In this document: piece by piece, positions 37,331 through 48,883 of the stretch | How the letters are laid out: each line of letters starts with the position of its first letter | How positions within the stretch are numbered: the first letter of the stretch is position 1 | Source of the DNA: Chiloscyllium plagiosum | Taxonomy: Eukaryota | Length of the DNA stretch: 64,000 bases | Direction: 5' to 3' | Assembly (NCBI RefSeq): GCF_004010195.1 | Contig: NC_057751.1 | Coordinates: 8,448,279 to 8,512,278 of the forward strand | Program-made: the position numbers and the translations under genes | The notes under the pieces: generated by a model | Seen by the model: the letters and a program-made list of their open reading frames with translations, nothing else | The model's database searches: none | Told to the model about the DNA's origin: nothing

Positions 37331-37876
37331 TTTGATGGCCAATGATATTTGCTGGGTTGCATTATATGCTCAGGTTTGGCTCACCTGGTTAAGTATCTGG
37401 GGCACCTCCACTTCGCCAGCTAACCCCACTGAAGTTTTAAGTTGGAGGCAAAGTACACAGAGCCAGGTGATATCGGGGGGGGGGGGGATCAAAACTGTGG
37501 GGAGAGAATGACCTCAGAAAGAAGCAACAAGAGGAATATTTCAAGGCTTTTGAGACAGAAAATTGGAAACTGGAAAAAATCATCGCAGGGAATTCTCACA
37601 AAGTTGACTTCGCTCTGTGAGATAATGCTTCGTCAATCATGAACAAAGCAGTCATTTTAAGTTTGACCTGTGTAAGTCTCTATGAGACAGCACTTTGAAT
37701 GAATATCACCAGAAAGGTGTCTGAGATGCAACACCTTCAGAAAAGAGAGTTCTCAACTGAAGAGAAGGGTTTCCTTCTGAAATAAACTAGAGATAGAGTC
37801 CAGATAATCTGCAAATCCAGTAACGGCAGAACTAGTAACAAACAACTTATTATTTGCTCAAAGCCTCTTCAAATTA

Positions 37877-38250
37877 CAGTAGCACCTCGACTTACGAACT
37901 TAATCCATTCCGGGACCTGGTTCGCGAACCGAAAAGTTTGCGAACTGAATCAATTTTTCCCATTGTTCGGATAGCGTAAGAACGCTCGGACGTAGCAACG
38001 AACACTGTTCACAGCGCCTGCGCCAAAGACGAACTGAATGAGATCACGCGGGGCCCGAGAGCTTTTGCGTTCAATAAGCGCGTAGCAAAGCAGAACAATG
38101 AAACCGCGTGGTCGCACACGGGCTATTTGCGTCTGTACCTTCGCTCGTACCTTGAATTTCGTAGTACGTTGAAGCAAAATTTTACTTGCAATCCTGTTCG
38201 TAAACCAATTTGTTCGTGAACGGGGTCGTTCGTATGTCGAGGCGCTACTG
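37877..38250. mobile_element. Tigger/pogo-type MITE, CpG-rich
   Basis: TA|CAGTAGCACCTCGACTTACGAAC ... GTTCGTATGTCGAGGCGCTACTG|TA. Confidence 0.92.
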
Positions 38251-39054
38251 TATTGTGCAGAATTGTAAGGTATGCCAAGTCATGTAATTTCAGGCATGAT
38301 CTTCTCAAATGCCACAGCAGACTCAAGGAGCTGAATAGACTACTCTTGTTCCTAATTTGTCCATTAGTATGTTTGCATGGAACCAGACAACAGATGGAGA
38401 ATCAGACTCTGAAACAAGCTATTGTCAACCAAAACACTTCACCTTTTTTCAAAATTCACCTGAAATTAACCTCCTACACATGCAACCACAAGACATCTCT
38501 CAATCTGTTGTGAACACTTCAGTTTACCAGGCCCTCATCTCAACTTTAAATTGCAAAACCTATTTGAAAAAGCACAGGACTGTCATGTGGCAGGTAATAA
38601 ATGGTAAAGCACAGACTGAATTGAGTGTAATCCGTAAAAGTGCTTGGTTGACAATCTTTATGTCCATGTATGTGTGTGAGAGAGAGAGAGAGACCAGGTG
38701 TTTTGTTACTTTGAAGTGAGTGACAGAGAGAATGAATAGCCATTTTTTTAATTCACAAGAGCACGATTCTGAGTTACTGAATTGGAATACGCACTCCAAG
38801 GTTAAGAAAGTACACATCTTTGTGTAAAGTTGACTGCTGGCAGGCAATGGAAGATCACATGTATGCTATCTGACACAAGAGGGTACCAGAGTGGAGGTCA
38901 TCAGAATGAGTCACAACAAATATGGGGGATGGAGGTAGATGGTATGCAGAGGATTCCCTGGAATGTGGTAGCACTCGACACACAAAAGCCTCTGATGGTG
39001 GCGAACTCGTGTAAGAATATTCCTAAAATATTCCCATGGAAGGCAGATAATCTA

Positions 39055-39640
39055 GTTTGCTTTTTTGGAAAGATATTCAAGAACATGAGCAAAAATGTAC
39101 ACTCGCTGTTGTACTACGTCTTGTTGAGACCTCATCTCAAATATTATGCCAAATTTTGGACCCCTTACATAAGGAAGGGAATGGGACCGTGATGGAGGTT
39201 CATCAGCGTGATCCCTGTGATGGTAGAATTGAGGAAAGCAGTTCTGCATTCCTTAGAGTTTTGAGGAATAAAAGATTAACTCTATGGTTCTTACAAAATT
39301 CTTGCATGGCGCATCAGGGTGGACTTGTGTAAGATGTTTCCCCTGGCTGTTGTTCCCAAAAACAGGAGACATAACATCAGAATCAGGGGCAGGTCATTCA
39401 AGACTGACATGAGGGAGAATTTCTTCACTCAGAACATTGTTAACTTGACAACTCTGCAGAGGGAGTGGAGTCTTAATCAGTGAGCATGGTCAAGACAGAA
39501 TTTGTATTTGATTGTGAAGAATGACAACATCACACATTATACAGATGACATGGGAAAGTGGCATGAAGGTCATTCATCAACCATGATCTAACTGAATGCT
39601 AGAACAGTGTTGACAAGCCAAATGGCTTCATCCACTTCCT
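39055..39640 (+). mobile_element. Old CR1 LINE 3' fragment
   Basis: LLYYVLLRPHLKYYAKFWTPYIRK; NFFTQ motif; CR1-type 3' UTR. Confidence 0.75.
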
Positions 39641-40589
39641 ATGCTAAGGGTCAGAGGTGATCTGGGATTAGGGTTCACTGGGAGCATTGACAAAGTCTTC
39701 CCAAGATCGAGGAGCAAAGCAGCTGAATGCAAGGATGACAACTCAGGGCTGTTCTATCATTGCCAAAACCCTGAAGTCGTACAGAATTGCGAGAATCGTG
39801 ATCATCTCCTGCAGTCCAGGGTTCACAAACTTGAGAGAGAAGAACCAGAGTTTGCAGAGTTGGTGACATGGGAGAACAGGTCATGATCTGGCACGATGGC
39901 GATCAGGCCAGGTATCTAACAGTGCTGAGAGGGGAAAAGGACACAACGGAGTACAGACTGTACCGCCCCAGTGACAAAAGGCACTAATATCTTGACACCC
40001 AGTTCCCAAACTATGCCTTCTGTGATTGTTGACCAGGCTGGAGATTAGAGCATCTAGTAAACATGGATAACAAAACATTGATTCAATTCATTTTGTTACC
40101 TCATGTATTGTTGGGGTCTTTATTGCTCAGTTTCGCTTAACTGGAGACTTCCGTTTTCTTTCTTGCATTAATGATGTTCTCAAAGGGATATCCAATGATT
40201 CTGGATTAGTGACCACATGGACATTTTGTGTGACCTTGAAATATGACCCACTGTGAAGCTAGTTTTCAGCACCAAAAGCACTTTGGAGTATGATCTGTAT
40301 TAATTGTAGGTTTACTGTGGAGCTAGTTAAAACATTTACCATCAGTTGATGCAGGCGAGGTGATTAGCTTCTCCGAAACAAAGGTTCAAACACAAGTGGT
40401 GTCATTAACCTGCTCCACTGAACCATTAATTTTACATAATTCACCTCTTTGTATCTTCATGATTTGCAGTTCATTCCAGGAGCAATGATTCTAAAGTACT
40501 TAATATTGGAGAAACAGTCTTTGTTTTTCAGTTTCAATTTTTATTTTAAAAATGCAACTTTAATTTAAAACTTGAATTATTGGATGTCA

Positions 40590-41050
40590 GTCAGTCCAAA
40601 CCAGGATATCCCGGAAGGAGCTCCTGAGGACTATGTCTTCAGCCCACTCACCTTCAGACATCCCTCCAACAAAACGTGAGAAGTGGGGATGCTCATCAAT
40701 AATTGCACAATGTTCAGCATCATCGCAACTCTTCAGATTCTGAAGCAGTTCCTGCCCAAGCACAGCAAGATCTGGTCAATATTCAGTTTCAGCTGACAAG
40801 TGGCAAGTAACATTAGGCAAACTCAAGCGGTTGGCATTGATCATCTCCAACAAGACAGAATCTAACTATCGCCTCTTGATTTGTGGAATCACCATCACTC
40901 AATTGCCCCACTATCAACATCATCAGAAACTGAACTGTATTTGCCATATAAATAAAGTGGCTGGAAGAGCAGGTCAAAGAACAGCTGTCTTGCAGTGAAT
41001 AACTCATCTCCTGACTCCCCAAAGCCTGTCCACCATCAACAAGCACAATT
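40590..41050 (+). mobile_element. Old CR1/L2-like LINE RT fragment
   Basis: EVGMLINNCTMFS (decayed FADD), QQDLVNIQ, ADKWQVTL; homologous to 57040-57400. Confidence 0.7.
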
Positions 41051-41299
41051 GTCCTTGAGAAGGTTAGAGAGCCACGATCTCGAATACACCGAATGACCTT
41101 ATACATCAGTTCAAAAGACAACTCAGCTTCTTCAGGCTGTGGGTCGGGTCTGGGTCAGATGTAGGTAAGGCCAGCTAAGGTTGATAGACTTTCTACCCCA
41201 AAGGACATCGGTAAATCAGAAGTTTTATTTTATCTTTCAAAACATAACACGACAGAGATTGGCTTTTTATTCAAGATCTTACTTTACAACAGAAATTCA

Positions 41300-42427
41300 G
41301 AAAGTAAGGAGGTGTGGGATACAGGGAAATTTGGTTGCCTGGATATGGAATTGACTGGCCCATAGAGGACAGAGGGTGGTAGTAGATGGAAAGTATTCAA
41401 CCTGGAGCTCAGCGACCAGTGATATCCCCCAGAGATCTATTCTGGGACCTCTGCTCTTCGTGATTTTTTAAAAATGGCTTGGATGAGGAAGTGGAAGGGT
41501 GGGTTAGTAAGTTTGCAGATGACACAAAGGTTGGTGGAATTGTGGGTAGTGTGGAGGGATGTTGTAAGTTGCAGTGGGACATTGACAGGATGCAGAGCTG
41601 GGCTGATAAGTGGCAGATGGAGTTCAACCTGGAAAAGTGTGAAATGATTCATTTTGGAACGTCGAATTTGAATACAGAATATGGGGTTAAAGGCAGGATC
41701 CTTGGCAGAGTGGAGGAACAGAACGATCTTGGGGGTCCATGTCCATAGATCCCTCAAAGTTGCCATTCAAGTTGATAGGGTTGTCAGGAAGGCGTATGAT
41801 GTGTTGGCTTTCATGAGCAGGGGGATTGAGTTTAAGAGCAGTGAGGTTATTTTGTTACCTTATGTCTTGTTGTCCTGGTCAAACTACACTTGGAATATTG
41901 TGTTCAGTTCTGGTCGTCTTATTCTAGGAAGGATGTGAAAGCTTTAGAGAGGGTGCAGAGGAGATTTACCAGGATGCTGCCTGAACTGGAGGGCATGTCT
42001 TATGAAGAAAGGTTGAAGGAGTGCGGGCTTTTATCATTAGAATGAGGACGTTTAAGAGGTGACTTGATAGGAGTGTACAAGATAATGAGAGGCATAGATA
42101 GAGTGAATAGTCAGAGACTTGTTCCCATGGTGGAAATGGCTATCATGAGGGGATATAATTTTAAAGTGATTGGAGGAAGGTTTAGGGGAGATATCAGAGG
42201 TCGGCTCTTTACACAGAGAGTGATGGGTGCGTGGAATGCACTGCCAGCAGTTGTAGCAGAGTCAGATACATTAGGAACATTTAAGCAACTTCTGGGTAGG
42301 CACATGGATGACAGTAAAATTAAGGGTATTGTTATTAGGTTAGTATAATCTTAGAGTAGGACAAAAGGTCGACACAATATCAAGGGCCAAAGAGCCTGTA
42401 CTGTGCTGTACTGATCTATGTTCTATG
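41300..42427 (+). mobile_element. 5'-truncated CR1 LINE
   Basis: RQRVVVDG, SKFADDTKVGG, WADKWQMEFN, RGDLIGVYKI, LFTQRVMGAWNALP; CTATGTTCTATG tail. Confidence 0.95.
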
Positions 42428-43314
42428 TAATAGATGTATACTGTGGCACCCCTGCTCCTCTCTTCAAAAGTACAAACCTGTGACCTCTACGCCCTTGGAG
42501 AAAAAGAACAGTAGATGAATGTGGGAACACCACTAGGTCTCCTCCAAGACATCTACCATCCTTGGTTGAGAAAATATTGCAGGTTCTTCACTGTCACTGG
42601 GTTCAAACCTTAGGATTCGCCACTTAACAAGACTGTGGACATGAGCTTGTCAAGTGCAACTAGGAATGGTCAATAAATGCCCGTCTTCCCACTGATATCC
42701 ACATTCCATGAACAAATTCCAAAATTAATTGAATTTAGTTACCCCAGCCACTGTGATGGAATTTGTACTCGTGCTGCAGTTCAAAGTTCTGGATGACTGA
42801 GTGAACCTCAACCACGTGTGTTGGAACAACAACAAAGAAGCCATTAGCTCCCAGAATAACCCTTTCCTCATGAGGAAGGGCAAAGGGATTTCAGCACAGA
42901 AGACTTGGACACCACACCTTTTGCAAAGGAGAAATTTTCAGATTTGTGCTACATTGTACAAACCTACAAATGGTTCATAGGCTGAACTAAGACTGATGCT
43001 AAGTTGCTCGCAATCATTTAAAATGTGTTATTTATTGATTTGTCAGAAATAACCGTTTTGAAGTGCTTAAAAATTCTCATGTTTCAAGTTATTGTTCACT
43101 TAAGGAATGCATTTATAGAACCAAATGCAATGGAGTTGGCGAGCATTTCTTTTTGTCATATTTGGACTGACCTCCACCCAAATTAGGGAAGGGGATATCA
43201 ACGATGTTTTGTGTTCCTGATTGCTATTTTGTGGGCACGTGTCAGACTGAGATGGTTTCAAACCCACTATGATGTCCCTTCCTTTAAACAAGTTGCTGTC
43301 GGTCCCTTGTTGTT

Positions 43315-44212
43315 CGACACAAAATGCTGCAGATGCTGGAATCCAAAGTAGACAAGCAGGAAGAACACAGCAGGCCAGGCGCGTAATCAGGTGGAGAAGT
43401 CGAAGTTTTGGGTACAACCCTTCTTCAGGACTGGGGGTGGGAGTGAGGAGAGCTGCAGATAAAGTGGGGATGGGGGAGGGTTTTGAGTGGGGAAAGGTTC
43501 AGAGTGGTGAGGTATTGGTAGGCGAACACAGGTAGAGGTTATGGCCGGGTTGGTCGATGCAAAACCTGCTGGCACACCACCCCCCTCACATCCATCCTGG
43601 GCCCCAAGCATTCCATTCCCAGCCCAGTTTACAATGTCTGATACACCCAATGTTGTTTTCTCTACATCAGGGAGACCAAACTAAGGGCACGTTTCATCGA
43701 GCATCTCAGCTGGGCCTGACCTGACATCCTAGTCACCATCGATTTTATTCCCCTTCCCACTCCCTCTCTGACATGACCAACCTTGGACTCCTCCATTGCC
43801 ACAGTGAATCAGACTGCAAATTGGAGGAACAACACCTCACCTTTCTTGTGGACAGCCTACAGCCTACAGGACTCAACACTGAGTTCTCCAATTTCAAATA
43901 ACCTCCCTTTCATTCGACTCCCTTCCCAACCCCACACCCCCTCTCCTTCCATTCCACTTACTGACCCTTCCTTCCAGCTACCAACCGGATTCATTTCTCC
44001 CATCGACTAACCAGGTCGGACCGTCTACCTGTGTTCACCTATCACTACCTCACCACTCCACCCCTCTCCCCACCCAAAACCCTCCCCCTCATCCCTTTCT
44101 ATCTGCAGCTCCCCTGGCCCCCAGTCCTGAAGAAGTGGTATACCCAGAACATTGACTTCTCCACCTCCTGATGCTGCCTGGCTTGCTGTGTTCTTCCAGA
44201 CTCCTGCTTGCC
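43315..44212 (+). mobile_element. Penelope-like element with inverted ends and GIY-YIG remnant
   Basis: LYIRETK..RFIEHL..SPSHSLSDM..LGLLHC..KLEEQHL..LQPTGLNTEFSNF; 43350-43550 inverted against 43985-44212. Confidence 0.85.
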
Positions 44213-46289
44213 CATATCAGTTCCTCTTGGGACATGCAGAATGGTCTTTGGCACCAGGTAATGCAGGGCAGCAAATAACCACAAAGCTTCATATGCCTGG
44301 CTTGTTTACCTTAGCACAGACCAGTTCATGGAGGGACTTAGTGTGCAACAGCATTGACAGCTTTGATAGTCTAAGGCTGAACAGTTGCCAAAGGCAGAAA
44401 TATTGACTGGCAGGGAACTTTAAGTTAATTTGCTTTTTACATTCACTTGTGGGATCTGGGTATCTCTGGTTCTAGCATTTATTACCTCTCCCCAGCTTCT
44501 CTTGAAATTTTTCTCGACGTGGTGCTAATCGGCTGCCCTGTCCAGCACCACATTCTCGACACTTTTTCTGTCCACTATTCTTTTGCATTTTCTGCAATAG
44601 AATCATATACTACCAGTAGCCCGCAGTTGCAAGCTGGTGTCTCACAAAAGAAACAATGCCACAGCTCCCGATAAGAACTCGAACTTCTAACACTGCTTAA
44701 CTGCGTTGATCAGGGTCTTGTGGACAGAATGGAAGTAAATTGTGAAAAAATAAAGCTCACTCAATTACATTTCCAATTCTCAAGTACAATAATTACTCCC
44801 CGAGGCAAGACATTTTTACAAAACTGCAGACATCATCTCCCATTACAGAAGCAAGGTTATAACAGAAAGGTGATTTGATTGCTTATGAAACAGTGCAACT
44901 TAAGACAAGCATGTTAGAATTTTCAGGGTAGAGCACATCCCAGTGTTCCATATCACCACTTCAAACCTTCCATCTTATTAACATGATTGTATTTAATTTT
45001 TGAAAAGGTACAGAGCTAAATCAATTTCCTCCACTTTATTCATCCAACCAGACAGTAGTCACTGAAATAGATGTGTGGTGTTGACTATTAGTTAAGGAAG
45101 AGTGCGTTATGGAGTCTGAGGCCCTCGTAAATCCCTCATGGAATTATTATGTTTAAGGTGGAAATCTATTAAGGACATTGCAGTTTAGAAATGCTAAAAG
45201 ATTTTCTTTTTGCAAGTATATTTCTATCATGCGGTCTAAACTTCTAAAGCCAATTAAAATATTTATGACTATCAGCAAGCACAACATTTTAAATTTAGAA
45301 CTAACCCCAAATTTAAAAGGAGACATTCCTATGCAGCGGTAAGAATATTTCTTGGCATGCCCTTTGAAAGCAAGAAAGTCCACATTGCAAACAAAAACTG
45401 TGACCCTCCAAACCAAACTTTTATTTCAAAAGTTTGTTGTCTGCTGTTTGAGGTAATTTTCACTTGTGTTGTTTTTGATTTACCTCTTTGCCAATATATG
45501 ATTCATCAGCAAAAATCTGGCTCTGGTTACAGGAACTGTAATATCTGTCTAATAAACCATGATCATTTGGCATCTTCTCACTTGTTTATCTTCCTCAAGC
45601 TGCAGACTTGCTCTGGTCTGCAGTTTCCTGGGCATCAGGTAATTATTGAATAAGTTATGCCTGCTCCACAAACACGAATCTGGACAGCAAGTGTAGAATG
45701 TACCAGCCCAACCTTCTCTTCTACATTTGATGCTAGACTGCTATAAATTCATTCAACTGCTGAGTGAGATCCTATCGTTCGCCAAAAGCTTCAAATATAC
45801 TCCTTGCAATACAACCTGACAGACAGTGGAAAACATGCATGACTAATCTTCACCTCTTCAGTGCTGCCTCTTCTGTGAGCGACTGAGGCCAGCAAACTGA
45901 GCGCAAAAGGGAACATTGCATCTCTCACTTCTTCCCTGTTTTGACTTCGTCTGTGAAATCCACGGAAGTAATCTTAACATGTCTTTTATAGTTAGATGGC
46001 TCTCAGAGAAGTGCAGAGCTGCAAAGGCAAACCGGTCAGCTGAAGGCGACAATAAAGTCTCGGTACTGCTGTTTCCTGCAACCAGACAAAGAACCCGTTA
46101 CTTGAGCTCAAGAGTTTACGGACTTGGAAAACAGACTCATATACGGCTTCAGATTTGGAGTCCAAGCTCTTTGAGGATTTGCACGCTTGGATCAGGTTGC
46201 TTTACATGCAGGGACACAGACACATCTCCTGATTCTGCACAGGATGCAAAGATGGCTCTGAGCTTGCATTTTTAACACTCAATCCCTTC

Positions 46290-47695
46290 ACTGCTTACCT
46301 GAAGGCAGCCAGTCTCTGAACAAATCACATTGCTTCCTTAGTGCGCACTCTTTGATTTCAGCCCTGGCTTTCAGGGATCCCCCCCTGTGTGTGCTTGCAT
46401 TACTCTCAGAGCAGACAGGGTCTTTAATGCTCATCTGCAATCTGCCATCATCCATAATCACTGTTTTCATTTTAAGTCAGAGAAAGAGGCAGGCAGCTCG
46501 TGACAGTGGGGAACACCAAAGAGCCAATCTGCTGGTTAGACAGGGGAGGGTGAACAAATCAATGTGTACAGCATCGTCAGACCTACAGTATGTTCTGGCA
46601 GTCTTCACAGCAAACACACTGTAGTCCTTCCAGCAACTGGTCATGTGCAAAAGTGAACACGGAGAGCGGTGCAGTCCTTACTGGGGTGAAGGAAGACCAC
46701 AGTCAAATTGAGGGGTACTACCATCGCCAGTCAGGGATGCTCATCCTTTTCTAGTCCAGAGAGTTGGTCACACACCAGTCAGGCACTTGGCTCACCAGAG
46801 TCCATGGATCCAAGTGTGTACAGTCCAGGGATTGGAACACAGGCAGTCCAGCAGGTTATGTTCAAGTGCAATGCAGGGATTACAAGTCGGTCTGTGAGGG
46901 CGCTGACAAGATGTCAGTCCAGGGCTGGTCCAAACTGTCCCACAAGGCAAAGGGAGGAACTGACTATGACTGGAGTGGACACAAGTGCAGCTGGTGGTAA
47001 CTCATGTGCTGTAGTAATGTCTCCAATGAGTAGGTCAGAAGCACAGAGGGGAGGCAAGGTTTGTAGTCTGGGCGAGAGAAGTGGGTGAGATATGTTGAAT
47101 GATCTTGATCTATGCCACGGTGCGCACTGTGGCTCATGAGCCTCATGCGACAATCGAGTGTTTTGACCTTGTATGTGTGCGCGGACAATGAAGGCTCATA
47201 ACCTTGTGTAGTAGAGTCGGTAACTGACCTTCTGCTGGATCTCACATGACCCAGGACACAGCACTGACCTGTGGTGATAGTTCAGGCTGAGTCTTGGGAA
47301 ATGGGGGGTTTGGGGGCAGGCATTCCTCCTGTAGCAGTCACCCCCTTACTTCACCACCCTGTTCACCAACAGCTCTCAGTGCCCCATCTGAGAACTGAAG
47401 ATCCAGTTTTCCCTTTGTCTGGGCAGTGTGCTGAATGTTGAGCGGCAGGTACCAAGGCACTGAGGAACAGTTCCTGGTTTGCAGTGTCTGCAGTGGTGCA
47501 CCCTGGCCTTTGAAGATGGCACAGGAGCAGCAGAGTCACAGGTCCAGGAAGTGGCAAGTACCGCTGCCTCTTCACCTGCATGACCCCCTGAGAAAGCACA
47601 ATACACCACAAGGGAAAGGGTGGAATACTGTGGAGGAAGGTCTCTCCAAGCCATGGTTGGTTGGCCACCCATCAACCTCATTCAACTCAACACAG
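46290..47695. mobile_element. Possible decayed Harbinger transposon (Myb/SANT-like gene on -, transposase start on +)
   Basis: Minus: KGKLDLQFSDGAL.., QVSAVSWV, LTHF; GC-richer block; weak similarity only. Confidence 0.35.
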
Positions 47696-48019
47696 TGACT
47701 GAAAATGAGAGAATCTGCTCAGTATTTATTACATACATACAAATGTCCCACTGGAAAAATTTGATCAACAGTGCAAAATAATGTAAAGGTTGTCACCCTT
47801 ATCTTGATAAAGTTCTCAGGGTATTACAATTATCAGAACAACATGTGCAAACATCCAGGAAGAAATACGGCAGACTGATCTGTGCTGTGGATTCGATGAC
47901 AGCATGACAGAGGGTGTTGGGAATCTGAAACTCACTGCCTCTAAGGGTGGCAGAGGCAGGAACAATTGCAACATTTAACAAGTATTACTTGTTCACTTGC
48001 GACGCCAAGGCTCAGGGGC

Positions 48020-48091
48020 AAGTGCGAGATATATGATTCAAATCGTCAGGTGTATAAGTGCGAGATATATGATTCAAATCGTCAGGTGTAT
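48020..48091. repeat. Perfect 36-bp tandem duplication
   Basis: AAGTGCGAGATATATGATTCAAATCGTCAGGTGTAT x2. Confidence 0.95.
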
Positions 48092-48256
48092 GTTTTTGAC
48101 TTAGAACATAGAACATAGAAAAAGTACAGCACAGAACAGGCCCTTCAGCCCACGATGTTGTGCCGACCACTGATCCTCATGTATGCACCCTCAAATTTCT
48201 GTGACCATATGCATGTCCAGGAGTCTCTTAAATGTCCCCATGACCCTGCCTCCGCA

Positions 48257-48333
48257 TGGGCGGCACGGTGGCACAGTGGTTAGCACTGCAGCCTCACAGT
48301 GCCAGAGACCCGGGTTCAATTCCCGCCTCAGGC
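48257..48333 (+). mobile_element. HE1 SINE head inserted in the CR1, running into the gap
   Basis: GGGCGGCACGGTGGCACAGTGGTTAGC..GGGTTCAATTCCC. Confidence 0.9.
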
Positions 48334-48883
48334 NNNNNNNNNNNNNNNNNNNNNNNNNNNNNNNNNNNNNNNNNNNNNNNNNNNNNNNNNNNNNNNNNNN
48401 NNNNNNNNNNNNNNNNNNNNNNNNNNNNNNNNNNNNNNNNNNNNNNNNNNNNNNNNNNNNNNNNNNNNNNNNNNNNNNNNNNNNNNNNNNNNNNNNNNNN
48501 NNNNNNNNNNNNNNNNNNNNNNNNNNNNNNNNNNNNNNNNNNNNNNNNNNNNNNNNNNNNNNNNNNNNNNNNNNNNNNNNNNNNNNNNNNNNNNNNNNNN
48601 NNNNNNNNNNNNNNNNNNNNNNNNNNNNNNNNNNNNNNNNNNNNNNNNNNNNNNNNNNNNNNNNNNNNNNNNNNNNNNNNNNNNNNNNNNNNNNNNNNNN
48701 NNNNNNNNNNNNNNNNNNNNNNNNNNNNNNNNNNNNNNNNNNNNNNNNNNNNNNNNNNNNNNNNNNNNNNNNNNNNNNNNNNNNNNNNNNNNNNNNNNNN
48801 NNNNNNNNNNNNNNNNNNNNNNNNNNNNNNNNNNNNNNNNNNNNNNNNNNNNNNNNNNNNNNNNNNNNNNNNNNNNNNNNNNN
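48334..48883. other. Assembly gap (550 N)
   Basis: Run of N. Confidence 1.
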
